NCBI GenBank assembly: GCA_902573425.1
Contig: CACGJO010000002.1
Coordinates: forward strand, 1,877 to 65,876
Direction: 5' to 3'
DNA length: 64,000 nt
Source: an uncultured Pelagibacteraceae bacterium
GTDB taxonomy: Bacteria > Pseudomonadota > Alphaproteobacteria > Pelagibacterales > Pelagibacteraceae
Part shown: positions 48,912-58,567 of the stretch, piece by piece
Position numbering within the stretch: position 1 is the stretch's first letter
Layout of the letters: every line of letters starts with the position of its first letter
Notes under the pieces: generated by a model
What the model was told of the DNA's origin: nothing
What the model saw: only the letters and a program-made list of their open reading frames with translations
Database searches by the model: none
Program-made: the position numbers and the translations under genes

Positions 48912-50558
48912 CTAGCTAGCCTTTTTTAACTTCCAATTTATATTCACGTCTCTGTCCATAGTTTTTCCATATATTACAATGCACTTATTGCTTAACGCTT
49001 TATTTTTACCGAAGAAAAGACTTTTCTCTAAATCAATTGCTAATTCTTCAGAGGAAAATACCCAAGATTTATTCCCATTAGTTTGTAAAAGTATACTTTT
49101 TCCGCTCAAAGTTTTAATTGTATTTATACCTGGGTAAAGATGAAATCTAATAGAAAATTTAACATCTGAATTGCCATGTTTTTTGATAAGATAATCACTT
49201 CCATCAATATCATTATCCTTTTTAGAAAAATTAATCTTTCGTTTATGAAGATATCCAAATTTTTCAAGATAGGCGTTATGAGTTGCAGAAACTTCAATAT
49301 TTATCTTATCTTCTTTCCTCTCCACATCAAAAATTTTGAAAGTATTGCTTATTGTTGAACCATAAGCTTTATTTATTAGGTTGCTTTTTTTAAATTTTAC
49401 AACAGAGGTATCATCAATACAAAGAGTAGATTGGCCAGACGTAAATTTACTCAAAATTTGAATTTTCTTAGATATTTTTCTTCCATAGCCACAATTTGTT
49501 ATGATTTTATCCTTATCGCTGGAATATTCAAATGACAAGGGGCCCGACTGATAATCTTTTGAAAGTCTATAGTTTGGAGGTTCACCAGAGTCAAAAAATA
49601 AAGTTGTTTTTTTATTTTTGACTATTTGTACTTGTCCAACTGATTTAAGATTTTTCTTAAGGCTATAATTAAGTTTTTCAAGATATGTAAAGAAATTATC
49701 CAAACTTCTGTCGGTACATCCATTAAACAAAGGAAGTTTTTTTGAAGGATTATTTAGAGAATTGAGACAAATTAAATTTTTTTCAATGATATCATCTAAA
49801 TATTCTGGTACCGTTTCTTGAGCGCTCTTAATCCACTCTTTGATAAGAATAAAGTACTGGACAAACGTTAACAGGTTCTCAAAATTTCTGTTAATCGGGA
49901 ATCCGTTATTATCAAAATTATTATCTATAAACTTCTTTAATTCTTTTAAACCAAGCCTATAATAAATATAATATTCCTTAAAAACTAACCCAGAAAGCAC
50001 TAATAAACTAATTGAAGATACTTTCTTATTTTCATCACTTAAATTATTTATATTATTCTTAATAAAATTTATTTGTCTGATTATATTTTTACAAAAGGAT
50101 CTGTTAAAATCTTTGTCACTAGTATTTAAAATTAAATCTGCATTAGAAATCCAGCTTACTATTCTGAGACTTGTGAGATCTTCGTCCCAAATACCTTTGG
50201 TATATTTATTATACTTAGCAATCCATTCTTTTATAATTTTTTGAATTGTTTCATTTTTATTTTTCCTATCAATTAAATTAAGCCACAAAAAGTTATGTAT
50301 ATTTTTTTTTTCTTTATTTTTAAAAAGATTAATTCTGAAATTCCTTACATCCTCATTAGATATTTTTATAAGTGTTTCTTTATGATTTAATAAAGGCGAT
50401 AGTAAATACGGGTTAGGATTAAATAAAAACCTGTAAGGTATTTCTGTATCTAGTAATTTATTGTAATAATTTGAACTAAAAAAAAATTCTTTCAACGATC
50501 TTATAAAAATTTTTTTAATAGCTAAAAAATAAATATAGATACTATTTAACGTTATCAT
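48912..50558 (-). CDS. Heparinase II/III-like family protein (conserved alphaproteobacterial protein of unknown role)
   Basis: 548 aa. The SGPLSFEYSS...ITNCGYG segment resembles the heparinase II/III C-terminal motif, and the position next to purH is as I remember it for other alphaproteobacteria. The gene is very AT-rich. Confidence 0.45.
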   Translation of the reverse strand: MITLNSIYIYFLAIKKIFIRSLKEFFFSSNYYNKLLDTEIPYRFLFNPNPYLLSPLLNHKETLIKISNEDVRNFRINLFKNKEKKNIHNFLWLNLIDRKNKNETIQKIIKEWIAKYNKYTKGIWDEDLTSLRIVSWISNADLILNTSDKDFNRSFCKNIIRQINFIKNNINNLSDENKKVSSISLLVLSGLVFKEYYIYYRLGLKELKKFIDNNFDNNGFPINRNFENLLTFVQYFILIKEWIKSAQETVPEYLDDIIEKNLICLNSLNNPSKKLPLFNGCTDRSLDNFFTYLEKLNYSLKKNLKSVGQVQIVKNKKTTLFFDSGEPPNYRLSKDYQSGPLSFEYSSDKDKIITNCGYGRKISKKIQILSKFTSGQSTLCIDDTSVVKFKKSNLINKAYGSTISNTFKIFDVERKEDKINIEVSATHNAYLEKFGYLHKRKINFSKKDNDIDGSDYLIKKHGNSDVKFSIRFHLYPGINTIKTLSGKSILLQTNGNKSWVFSSEELAIDLEKSLFFGKNKALSNKCIVIYGKTMDRDVNINWKLKKAS

Positions 50559-50561
50559 TAA

Positions 50562-51224
50562 TTAGTTTTGTCGCAATAAGTCGATATTCCTTTTTAGATC
50601 CCCATTATTTTTTTTAAATATAGTGGAGCCAGATACAAGAACATTTGCACCAGCTTCTTTAGCAACTTTAGAATTTTCAAAATTAATACCACCGTCAATT
50701 TCAATATCTAGTTTTAAATTCTCTTTTTCAATTATGCTTTTTAACTCTTTTAGTTTTGGCAGAACCTCAGGCATAAACTTTTGACCAGCAAAACCCGGTT
50801 CAACACTCATAATTAAAACCAAATCAATTTGATCTAGATAATCCTTTAACAAATCAATTTTACTTTTAGGCTTAAGAGATATACCAACTTTTTTTTTAAA
50901 CTTTTTAATTAACTCAATTGTTTTCTTTGTGCTTTTAGTTGCTTCTGGATGAAAGGTTATTATATCTGCTCCTGCTTCGGCAAATTGTTGAATATAGTTG
51001 TCAACTGGTGAAATCATTAAATGAACATCAAAAATCTTTTTACTGAAAGGTCTTATATTTTTAATAACTTCTGGCCCAATAGTAAGGTTTGGAACAAAAT
51101 GACCATCCATAACATCTACATGAATATAGTCTGCGCCTGCTTTTTCTAAAGCTTTTACCTCTTCACCAATTTTACTAAAATCACATGAAAGAATAGAGGG
51201 GGATATCTTAATTGAACTAGCCAT
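50562..51224 (-). CDS. rpe: Ribulose-phosphate 3-epimerase
   Basis: ISPSILSCDF, HVDVMDGHFVPN and MSVEPGFAGQ motifs. Confidence 0.96.
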   Translation of the reverse strand: MASSIKISPSILSCDFSKIGEEVKALEKAGADYIHVDVMDGHFVPNLTIGPEVIKNIRPFSKKIFDVHLMISPVDNYIQQFAEAGADIITFHPEATKSTKKTIELIKKFKKKVGISLKPKSKIDLLKDYLDQIDLVLIMSVEPGFAGQKFMPEVLPKLKELKSIIEKENLKLDIEIDGGINFENSKVAKEAGANVLVSGSTIFKKNNGDLKRNIDLLRQN

Positions 51225-51278
51225 ATCTAATTATTTATAGTTTTAAATAACTATAAGTCAAAAAATATTTTGGTATTA

Positions 51279-53204
51279 CTACGTATTATTAATATCTTCT
51301 GTTTGTGAAACTATGTTTTTTTCCAGCGATGTTGACATCTCCATTTTTACAGCCAAAAACCATACTATTAAAATACCCATTGCCCAAAAAATTGCCTGCC
51401 ACACCCAAATTGAAGGCATACCAAAAGACCAACTTTCTACGTTAATGGGTTTGCCAAATAATTCATTTCCAATTATTAAACCCGGTCCAAATGCAAAAAA
51501 TATCCACACTATTAGTAAAATCCACGCGCTTGGTTTTAAACTTCTTCTAGTTAAGGAATAGTTCTTGTGCTCACTTATAAACTCATGAATTCTTTTCTTA
51601 ATTTTAGTTTCTTTTAATTCCTGAGTGATAAAAGATATAGCCGTCGCTCCAATGATATTTAAAATCAAACCCCAGGCAGCAGAATGTATTGTGAGAGGCC
51701 ATTTACTCCAAGGAATTATTTGTCCAAATAAACTTTGTCCAATCCCATCTGTGAAAATTACTGCAGCAATTCCCAAAACAATTCCAAAGGCAACACCTTG
51801 TTTTGTAAACCATGAGAAATAACATACCGCCACCAAAGGCACAAACATTTGGCATGCAATCGCCAATGAAAAGCTAGCTAGGTCAAAAATATTCTTCCCT
51901 ACCAAAAGAGATAAAATAAGAGAAATTATAAAAATCAACATTATAATAATCCTAGATGAAAAAATTTCCATCTTGTTAGTGAGATTATTTACAAAGAATT
52001 TTTTAATTATATCTCTTGTAACAATTGCACTTGAAGTTAAAATTAAACCAGCCATTGACTGTACAGCAGCAATTGCACAGATTCCTAGAATACCAAAAAA
52101 AATGAATGAATATTCTCCAACAAGATTAATAATATTTGGAATAAGGGACATAGAATTATTAGGATAAATATCTGGTGGTAAAATATTTGAAACATTATTA
52201 CCACTTTCATTAACAATATTATTTGCACCTAACAATGCCGAACCCATTCCAACACCTGTTACAAAGAAAATTAACAAAAAACCAATTAAGAAGGCAGAAA
52301 ACCAAATTTGCTGAGTCGCAAAATACCCAGGGTCCTTACTTGCGTATGTAATCATAGAAACATTAGGAGCTAATTGAATTCCACTCAAAGCCAAAACAAA
52401 GGTAAGTATCATTGAAGATGTCCAGATTCCGTTATAAGGAAGTTCATCATTCAATAAATTTACAGTTTTAATTGTTCCTGGTATTGAAAGAAAAGAATTG
52501 TAATTTTCTTTAACATTGAATAAATTCTCTTTAATATTTGCTATTCTTGATAAGCTTTCGTTTAACAAGCTCCAACCTCCCACCAAGTCATACGCAATAA
52601 ATCCAATACAAAAAATTCCAAAAATTATTAAAAGAAATTGAATAGAATCGATAACAATTAATGATTTTATTCCCCCAGTGCTCAAATAAACACAAACTAC
52701 AGCCCCTATTAAAATTGATCCAGAACCTTTGCCTAAAATATCGTCGGATATTATATTTAAAAGCAACCCACCAAAAGATAGCTGCATAGCTATGAAGGGA
52801 ATTGAAAAACCTAAAGTAATTAAAACAATTAATATTCTTATAATATTACTTTTAAAGTAATCAGAAACCATTTCTGAGGGTGTTAAATACCCATATTTTT
52901 TTGAAAGCAACCATTGTCTTTTAGAAAAAATTACTCCTATAAGCGGAATGGTTATTACGAAAAGGGATGTGACTGAAAACGGTAGCCCATTTAAAAAAAT
53001 TAGACTTGGTTGAAAAAAAAATATTAATCCAGAAAATACTACACTTGTAATTAAAGCAAAATAAGCCCAACTCGGAAGTTGTCTGCTAAAAATAAAAAAT
53101 TCAACTGGGGTTGTAATTTTTTTTTGATTTCTAAAACCAGTATATAAACAAAAAAACCAAAACAGTGTTATAAAAGCTATTAATGTATAAAGTTTTCCAC
53201 TCAT
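51279..53204 (-). CDS. Sodium:solute symporter (SSS) family permease, substrate unknown
   Basis: 641 aa polytopic protein with SSS-like helices and a C-terminal extension carrying extra TM segments. It is divergent from the neighbouring ActP-like paralogue. Confidence 0.7.
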   Translation of the reverse strand: MSGKLYTLIAFITLFWFFCLYTGFRNQKKITTPVEFFIFSRQLPSWAYFALITSVVFSGLIFFFQPSLIFLNGLPFSVTSLFVITIPLIGVIFSKRQWLLSKKYGYLTPSEMVSDYFKSNIIRILIVLITLGFSIPFIAMQLSFGGLLLNIISDDILGKGSGSILIGAVVCVYLSTGGIKSLIVIDSIQFLLIIFGIFCIGFIAYDLVGGWSLLNESLSRIANIKENLFNVKENYNSFLSIPGTIKTVNLLNDELPYNGIWTSSMILTFVLALSGIQLAPNVSMITYASKDPGYFATQQIWFSAFLIGFLLIFFVTGVGMGSALLGANNIVNESGNNVSNILPPDIYPNNSMSLIPNIINLVGEYSFIFFGILGICAIAAVQSMAGLILTSSAIVTRDIIKKFFVNNLTNKMEIFSSRIIIMLIFIISLILSLLVGKNIFDLASFSLAIACQMFVPLVAVCYFSWFTKQGVAFGIVLGIAAVIFTDGIGQSLFGQIIPWSKWPLTIHSAAWGLILNIIGATAISFITQELKETKIKKRIHEFISEHKNYSLTRRSLKPSAWILLIVWIFFAFGPGLIIGNELFGKPINVESWSFGMPSIWVWQAIFWAMGILIVWFLAVKMEMSTSLEKNIVSQTEDINNT

Positions 53205-53210
53205 TCTAAA

Positions 53211-53546
53211 TTATTTGCTAAATAGCCGATAAATCTCTTTTGCAATATCACTTTCTAACGGAAATGAAAGCATGCCCATTACATCATATCCTAGTATGTA
53301 AGGCATAGCATAAAACCTAAACATATAGAAAAACCAAGCTACATATAAAGGTATAAAGAGAGGAATAATAAAACTTGGAGTAATAAATCTAAATACTTTT
53401 AATATTGGATTTGTTAATTTCACAAAAGCTTTCATAAAAAAGAAATTCGAGTCCTCTCTTTGAAAAATATTCATCGCGGATCGTCCTATTAAAGTCCACA
53501 TTATTATTCCTAATATGTAGTCTAAAATTAATACCCAAATTGGCAT
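53211..53546 (-). CDS. Small membrane protein, distantly YggT-like
   Basis: 111 aa with 3-4 hydrophobic segments. LTNPILKVFRFITP resembles the YggT T-x-P-x-L-x-P-x-R core. It ends 6 nt before the SSS gene start. Confidence 0.5.
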   Translation of the reverse strand: MPIWVLILDYILGIIMWTLIGRSAMNIFQREDSNFFFMKAFVKLTNPILKVFRFITPSFIIPLFIPLYVAWFFYMFRFYAMPYILGYDVMGMLSFPLESDIAKEIYRLFSK

Positions 53547-53582
53547 TATCTAAACTAGCATGGGAAATTGAATGCTAAAAGC

Positions 53583-53615
53583 AAAAAAAAAGGGGCGAAT
53601 AAATCGCCCCTTTTT
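53583..53615 (-). terminator. Rho-independent terminator downstream of the ActP-like gene (bidirectional architecture)
   Basis: Stem GGGGCGA (53592-53598) / TCGCCCC (53604-53610) with a 5-nt loop. On the minus strand it is followed by a 9-nt T-run, and an A/T run flanks the other side. Confidence 0.85.
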
Positions 53616-53632
53616 ATAAATAAAATATTTAT

Positions 53633-55468
53633 TTAGTGTTGTTTTCCAAGAATAGCTCTTCCGCTAGGTATTCTAACGTCATCAACCATCTTCTGAATGG
53701 AACTACTAGGTTCTTTAGTCATTAAGCTTACTACAACCATAGCAACTAAGCTTACTGATGCTCCTATAATACCAAATCTTAAGTGGTCAATTCCAAGCCA
53801 TGGAGTATTTGCCATAAACTTAGGTCCAACATAAATTAGATATGCCGTACCAGAGATTAGACCTCCAAGTATTCCTGCAACCGCACCTTCTTTAGTAGCT
53901 CTCTTCCACCATACACCAAGTACAAGTGGGAAGAATAAGCCCGACATCGCAAAGTCGAATGCCCAAGCTACTGCTCCCAGAATGCTTGTTAATCTCATTG
54001 AAGAGATGTAAGCAGCGGCAGCACCAATCACTACTAGAAGTACACGAGCTACGATTAGCCTTTTCTTAACGTCAGCTTTCGGATCGATTATTTTGTAGTA
54101 GATATCATGTGATAAACAGTTTGATATCGCTAAAACTAATCCATCGGCAGTTGACATGGCAGCAGCCATACCACCTGCAGCAACTAATCCAGAAATAACA
54201 TAAGGTAAACCAGCAACTTCAGGAGTCGCTAATACTACTACGTCACCTCTCATAAACCATTCGTTCAACTGTAATATTCCATCACCGTTGAAGTCAGCAA
54301 TAAACACTTGTTTTACTGCAGACCAGTTTTGAACCCATGGTATACTCTTCACTTCTGCAATTGATTTTCCAATAATCGCAGTAGGTAAGTTTGGATCCAT
54401 TAACTGTAGTTTAGATAGTGTTGCTAGCATTGGCGCAGAGAAATAAAGCAAGAATATAAAGAACAGTGACCAAGCCACTGATTTTCTCGCTGATTTAACA
54501 GAAGGAGTTGTAAAGTATCTCATTAAAATATGAGGTAACGATGCAGTTCCTACCATCATACAAATCGCAAGCGATAAGTATTTCCATACAGCCATTCCGC
54601 CCGCAGGTACAGCAGAGTGAGGATTAGAAATATATTTCAATCCACCTGGTACACCAGCAGCTTTAATGTCTGCAGCGCTATTTTTTATTAGGCCAGCCGA
54701 AGCTTCAAGCTCCGCTAAACGTTGTACTTCATCACCAAGCATAAAGTGTGGGAAAGGATTTCCTAATTTGCTTCCCATCCAAAATACTGGAATCAAGTAT
54801 GCTGTTATAAGTACGATGTACTGGGCTACTTGTGTCCAAGTAACAGCTCTCATACCACCTAACATTGAACACATTAAAATACTAACTAGACCAACCCAAA
54901 CTCCAAGTTCAAATGGAATTTGTAAAGCTCTTGATGCAATTGTTCCAGTCGCATTAATCTGTGCAGTTACGTAAGTGAACGAGGCTAATACTAAAACTAA
55001 AGTTGCGCAAAATCTTGGAAGATTTCCGCCATATCTAGTTCCAATAAAGTCCGGTACAGTATAACAACCAAATTTTCTTAAATATGGTGCTAACAGAGTA
55101 GATACTAATACATATCCACCAGTCCATCCAACTAAGAATGCCATGTAAGTATAGCCACCAAAATAAATACCACCAGCCATTGCAACGAACGATGCACCTG
55201 ACATCCAGTCAGCTGCGGTCGCCATTCCATTAAATACTGTAGGTACTTGTCTTCCTGCTACGTAATAAGCGTCAACTTGTATAGTTCTAGATAAGTAACC
55301 AATAAGTGCGTAGATAAGCACTGTAAAAGCTACAAACATAATTCCTATGCTCGCTGCGCTAACACCTGCAGATTCTAGTACTGCCATCAATAAGATGAAT
55401 ACCAAGAAACCTCCGGTGTATAGACCGTAGATCTTAGGAAGGTTTTGTATAAAACCACCTTTAAACAT
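53633..55468 (-). CDS. Cation/acetate-type sodium:solute symporter, large subunit (ActP / VC_2705-like)
   Basis: 611 aa SSS permease with a 1-nt overlap with the upstream DUF4212 gene. It is GC-richer than its surroundings and lies near acs. Confidence 0.85.
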   Translation of the reverse strand: MFKGGFIQNLPKIYGLYTGGFLVFILLMAVLESAGVSAASIGIMFVAFTVLIYALIGYLSRTIQVDAYYVAGRQVPTVFNGMATAADWMSGASFVAMAGGIYFGGYTYMAFLVGWTGGYVLVSTLLAPYLRKFGCYTVPDFIGTRYGGNLPRFCATLVLVLASFTYVTAQINATGTIASRALQIPFELGVWVGLVSILMCSMLGGMRAVTWTQVAQYIVLITAYLIPVFWMGSKLGNPFPHFMLGDEVQRLAELEASAGLIKNSAADIKAAGVPGGLKYISNPHSAVPAGGMAVWKYLSLAICMMVGTASLPHILMRYFTTPSVKSARKSVAWSLFFIFLLYFSAPMLATLSKLQLMDPNLPTAIIGKSIAEVKSIPWVQNWSAVKQVFIADFNGDGILQLNEWFMRGDVVVLATPEVAGLPYVISGLVAAGGMAAAMSTADGLVLAISNCLSHDIYYKIIDPKADVKKRLIVARVLLVVIGAAAAYISSMRLTSILGAVAWAFDFAMSGLFFPLVLGVWWKRATKEGAVAGILGGLISGTAYLIYVGPKFMANTPWLGIDHLRFGIIGASVSLVAMVVVSLMTKEPSSSIQKMVDDVRIPSGRAILGKQH

Positions 55469-55728
55469 TAGTCATCCTCCTTTTCGCCACCATATCCGTG
55501 TTCGTCGTCAATTTTCTCCTGTTTGTTAGCAAACCAAAAGATTAAAATTACGAAAGCAGCAAGAGATCCTTGTGCCGACATATAATAAGCTAATGGGTAA
55601 CCAAGAAACGATCCCTCATTTACCGACGAGCCGAACATAAATATTACTATTGAGAAAAAGAACCAAATAGCCAATGTTACAAACATATGGTTTTTGGTCT
55701 TTTGCCAATGTGCTTCTTTGTTTGACAT
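55468..55728 (-). CDS. DUF4212 small subunit of a sodium:solute symporter
   Basis: 86 aa with two TM segments (FVTLAIWFFFSIVIFMF, LAAFVILIFWFANKQ). A strong Shine-Dalgarno sequence, GGGAGGAAAGAC, precedes the ATG. Confidence 0.8.
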   Translation of the reverse strand: MSNKEAHWQKTKNHMFVTLAIWFFFSIVIFMFGSSVNEGSFLGYPLAYYMSAQGSLAAFVILIFWFANKQEKIDDEHGYGGEKEDD

Positions 55729-55847
55729 GTCTTTCCTCCCTTTAATTTGTTAAGAGTTTTCGGGAAGCATACCGAAATCAACGTCAATTAAAAGTCAAAA
55801 AATCTCTTGAAATAACAAAATCACACCCTTTTAATGGGTAAAATAGT

Positions 55848-56480
55848 TTGATAAATGGTAAATACAACGTGAAATTGAATCTAAAAGATATACAGAAGTA
55901 CTTGTTTCCTCTGAGGCGTCTCTTCACGAAATACCGTCCAATAAGATCTGTTGATCAAGTAAAAAATTTTATTCAAGAACAATCGGCGCAAGTTAGCCAA
56001 ATGACTTTGTACGGATATCTAAAAACAAGGATGGGAGCAAAGCATGTAATTATGTTTGAGGATAAAGATTTTTTAAACTCTATTAACATTGCAAAATGGC
56101 ATATTTATGCTGCATCTTTGATTGATTGTACTTTTTTTTGTTTCTCTTTTTTATATAAAGAAAAAAAAATTGGAAAAATAGAGGATGCAAACAAAGTTTT
56201 TTTTGAAATTTTAAATTCAGAAAAAGCAAATGGAATGATTTTAGATGCATACGAAGGTGCAACAAAAGAATTTAACTCAAGGTATACTAATATTGATTGG
56301 TCAAATTATTGTAATTCAAAACCATTTGAGTATTGCTGCAATGAACTTTATAACTGGTCTCCTATAGCAGACGAATTAAAAAAATTAGATAAAAAAATTG
56401 TAATTAATTCTATGTTTTTAAAATGGAACAACGTTCAAAACGAGTTCAAAAGATTAACTAACAAATTTAATAATAGTTAA
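55848..56480 (+). CDS. Hypothetical protein (210 aa)
   Basis: Long ORF with non-repetitive sequence (…SQMTLYGYLKTRMGAKHVIMFEDKDF…). It has only a TTG start and I recognise no family. It converges on acs with a 4-nt gap. Confidence 0.45.
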   Translation: MINGKYNVKLNLKDIQKYLFPLRRLFTKYRPIRSVDQVKNFIQEQSAQVSQMTLYGYLKTRMGAKHVIMFEDKDFLNSINIAKWHIYAASLIDCTFFCFSFLYKEKKIGKIEDANKVFFEILNSEKANGMILDAYEGATKEFNSRYTNIDWSNYCNSKPFEYCCNELYNWSPIADELKKLDKKIVINSMFLKWNNVQNEFKRLTNKFNNS

Positions 56481-56484
56481 AAGG

Positions 56485-58548
56485 TTATTTATTCTTTCTA
56501 TTCTCAACTAATGAATCTACTACAGAAGGGTCAGCCAAAGTTGTTGTGTCTCCTAAATCATGATGTTCGTTAGCTGCGATTTTTCTTAAAATTCTTCTCA
56601 TTATTTTTCCCGACCTTGTTTTTGGTAGTCCTGAAGAAAATTGTATATGATCTGGTGTTGCTATTGGACCGATTTGTTTTCGAACCCATAATTTGAGTTC
56701 TCTTTCTAAATCTCCATCAGGATTTTCACCAGCATTAAGAGTAACATAACAATAAAGCCCATTCCCTTTTATATCGTGAGGGAAACCAACAACAGCAGCT
56801 TCAGCAACTTTTGTATGAGCAACAAACGCGCTTTCAATTTCTGCAGTGCCTAAATTGTGTCCCGAAACAATAATTACATCGTCCACTCTTCCAGTTATCC
56901 AATAATATCCATCTTTATCACGTCTGCATCCATCGCCAGTAAAATATTTTCCATCAAATTGTGAAAAATAAGTTTTTATAAATCTTTCATGGTCTCCATA
57001 AACTGTTCTCATTTGACCAGGCCAAGATTGAAGCATGCAAAGTCTACCTTTGCCTGCCCCTTTTATTACTTTTCCATTTTCATCTACTATAGCTGGCTTG
57101 ATTCCATAAAAAGGTTTTGTAGCGGACCCTGGTTTTAAATTAATTGCTCCAGGTTGAGGTGAAATTAATATTCCTCCAGTTTCAGTTTGCCACCACGTGT
57201 CAACGATTGGGCACTTAGAATCTCCAACAACTTTGTAATACCACATCCATGCTTCTGGATTTATTGGTTCACCAACAGTACCAAGTAATTTTAATGTTTT
57301 TCTGCTAGTTTTCTTAACAGGAGCATTTCCTTCTCTCATCAGTGCTCGAATTGCTGTGGGAGCTGTATAAAAAATATTTACTTTATATTTATCTATTATC
57401 TGCCACCATCTCGAACTATCAGGGTAAGTAGGAACCCCTTCGAACATAATAGTTGTTGCTCCATTTGAAAGTGGACCATAAATAATATAACTATGTCCAG
57501 TTACCCAACCAATATCTGCACTACAAAAATAAATATCTTTTGGCTTGTAATCAAATATGTACTGATGTGTCATGGACGCATAGACCATGTAGCCACCCGT
57601 AGTATGCAAAACTCCTTTAGGCTTTCCTGTAGAACCTGAGGTATAGAGTATAAACATTGGATCTTCAGCATTCATTTCTTCTGGAGGACATTTGTCAGAT
57701 ACATTTTTAATCATCTCATCATAAGATATATCTCGTTCGTTATCCCAATTAACCTCATTACCCGTTCTTTTAACAACTACACATTTTTTTACGTTAGGAC
57801 ATTGCATCATTGCTTCATCTGCGATTTTTTTAAGCGGGATTATCTTTCCACCTCTTACACCTTCATCCGCAGTTATAACGTAGTCAGACTCACAGTCATT
57901 TATTCTTGTTGCAATTGAGTCAGGAGAAAAACCTCCAAAGATTATTGAATGTATAGCTCCAATTCTTGTACAGGCTAACATTGTGTAAGCTAATTCTGGA
58001 ATCATAGTAAGATAAATCGTAACTCTATCTCCTTTTTGTATCCCTAAACTTCTTAGGCCATTTGCAGCTTTACAAACATTTTTGTGAAGTTCCTTGTAAG
58101 ATATTTTTTTTGAATCGCTCGGGTCGTCCCCCACCCAAATTATTGCGGTCTTATTACTTTTCTTTTCCAAATGTCTATCAATACAATTAGCTGAAGCATT
58201 TAAGGTTCCATCATAATACCATTTAATATGAACATCATTCTTACTGTACTTAACATCCTTTATCTTTGTGTAAGGTTTAATCCAATTAATTCTTTTTCCC
58301 TCTTTTGCCCAAAAATCTTCGTTATTCTTGATAGATAAATTATATTTTTTTTCATATTGAGATTTATTAACATAGGCTTGATTTGACCATTTTTCTGGAA
58401 CTTTAAAAACTAAATTTCCGTCAATATCTTTTGTTTCTTTAGAAAGTTTTTTCCTAGGTATTTTTTTTCTTTTTTTAATTAATTTCCTTTTTCTTAAAGA
58501 TTTTTTACCTCTTTTTTTGTGCTTTTTCTTTTTACTTCTTTTTGCCAT
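56485..58548 (-). CDS. acs: Acetyl-coenzyme A synthetase with a polybasic N-terminal extension
   Basis: [11 protein letters not shown] (AMP-binding), [29 protein letters not shown] and [11 protein letters not shown] motifs. The ATG at 58548 is the only canonical in-frame start. Confidence 0.95.
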   Translation of the reverse strand: MAKRSKKKKHKKRGKKSLRKRKLIKKRKKIPRKKLSKETKDIDGNLVFKVPEKWSNQAYVNKSQYEKKYNLSIKNNEDFWAKEGKRINWIKPYTKIKDVKYSKNDVHIKWYYDGTLNASANCIDRHLEKKSNKTAIIWVGDDPSDSKKISYKELHKNVCKAANGLRSLGIQKGDRVTIYLTMIPELAYTMLACTRIGAIHSIIFGGFSPDSIATRINDCESDYVITADEGVRGGKIIPLKKIADEAMMQCPNVKKCVVVKRTGNEVNWDNERDISYDEMIKNVSDKCPPEEMNAEDPMFILYTSGSTGKPKGVLHTTGGYMVYASMTHQYIFDYKPKDIYFCSADIGWVTGHSYIIYGPLSNGATTIMFEGVPTYPDSSRWWQIIDKYKVNIFYTAPTAIRALMREGNAPVKKTSRKTLKLLGTVGEPINPEAWMWYYKVVGDSKCPIVDTWWQTETGGILISPQPGAINLKPGSATKPFYGIKPAIVDENGKVIKGAGKGRLCMLQSWPGQMRTVYGDHERFIKTYFSQFDGKYFTGDGCRRDKDGYYWITGRVDDVIIVSGHNLGTAEIESAFVAHTKVAEAAVVGFPHDIKGNGLYCYVTLNAGENPDGDLERELKLWVRKQIGPIATPDHIQFSSGLPKTRSGKIMRRILRKIAANEHHDLGDTTTLADPSVVDSLVENRKNK

Positions 58549-58567
58549 TTTTATTCAATTTATGAAA

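Noticed and set aside
51236-51255. Inverted repeat TATAGTT-TTAAAT-AACTATA between the SSS permease gene and rpe
   Set aside because: The stem is almost pure A/T, so the structure would be thermodynamically weak, and there is no T-run. It cannot be distinguished from chance in this composition.
53547-53632. TPP riboswitch, or identity of either SSS permease with the SAR11 thiV-type pyrimidine-precursor transporter
   Set aside because: The spacer upstream of the second SSS pair contains only the ActP terminator hairpin. I found no CUGAGA / ACCUGAUCUGGAUAAUGCCAGCG-like TPP aptamer elements in this spacer or in the 55729-55847 spacer.
55758-55777. Stem-loop TTTCGG-(8 nt)-CCGAAA in the 5' leader region of the DUF4212-ActP operon
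   Set aside because: It is too short to assign to any riboswitch or attenuator class, and I could not identify a convincing promoter to place it relative to the transcript.
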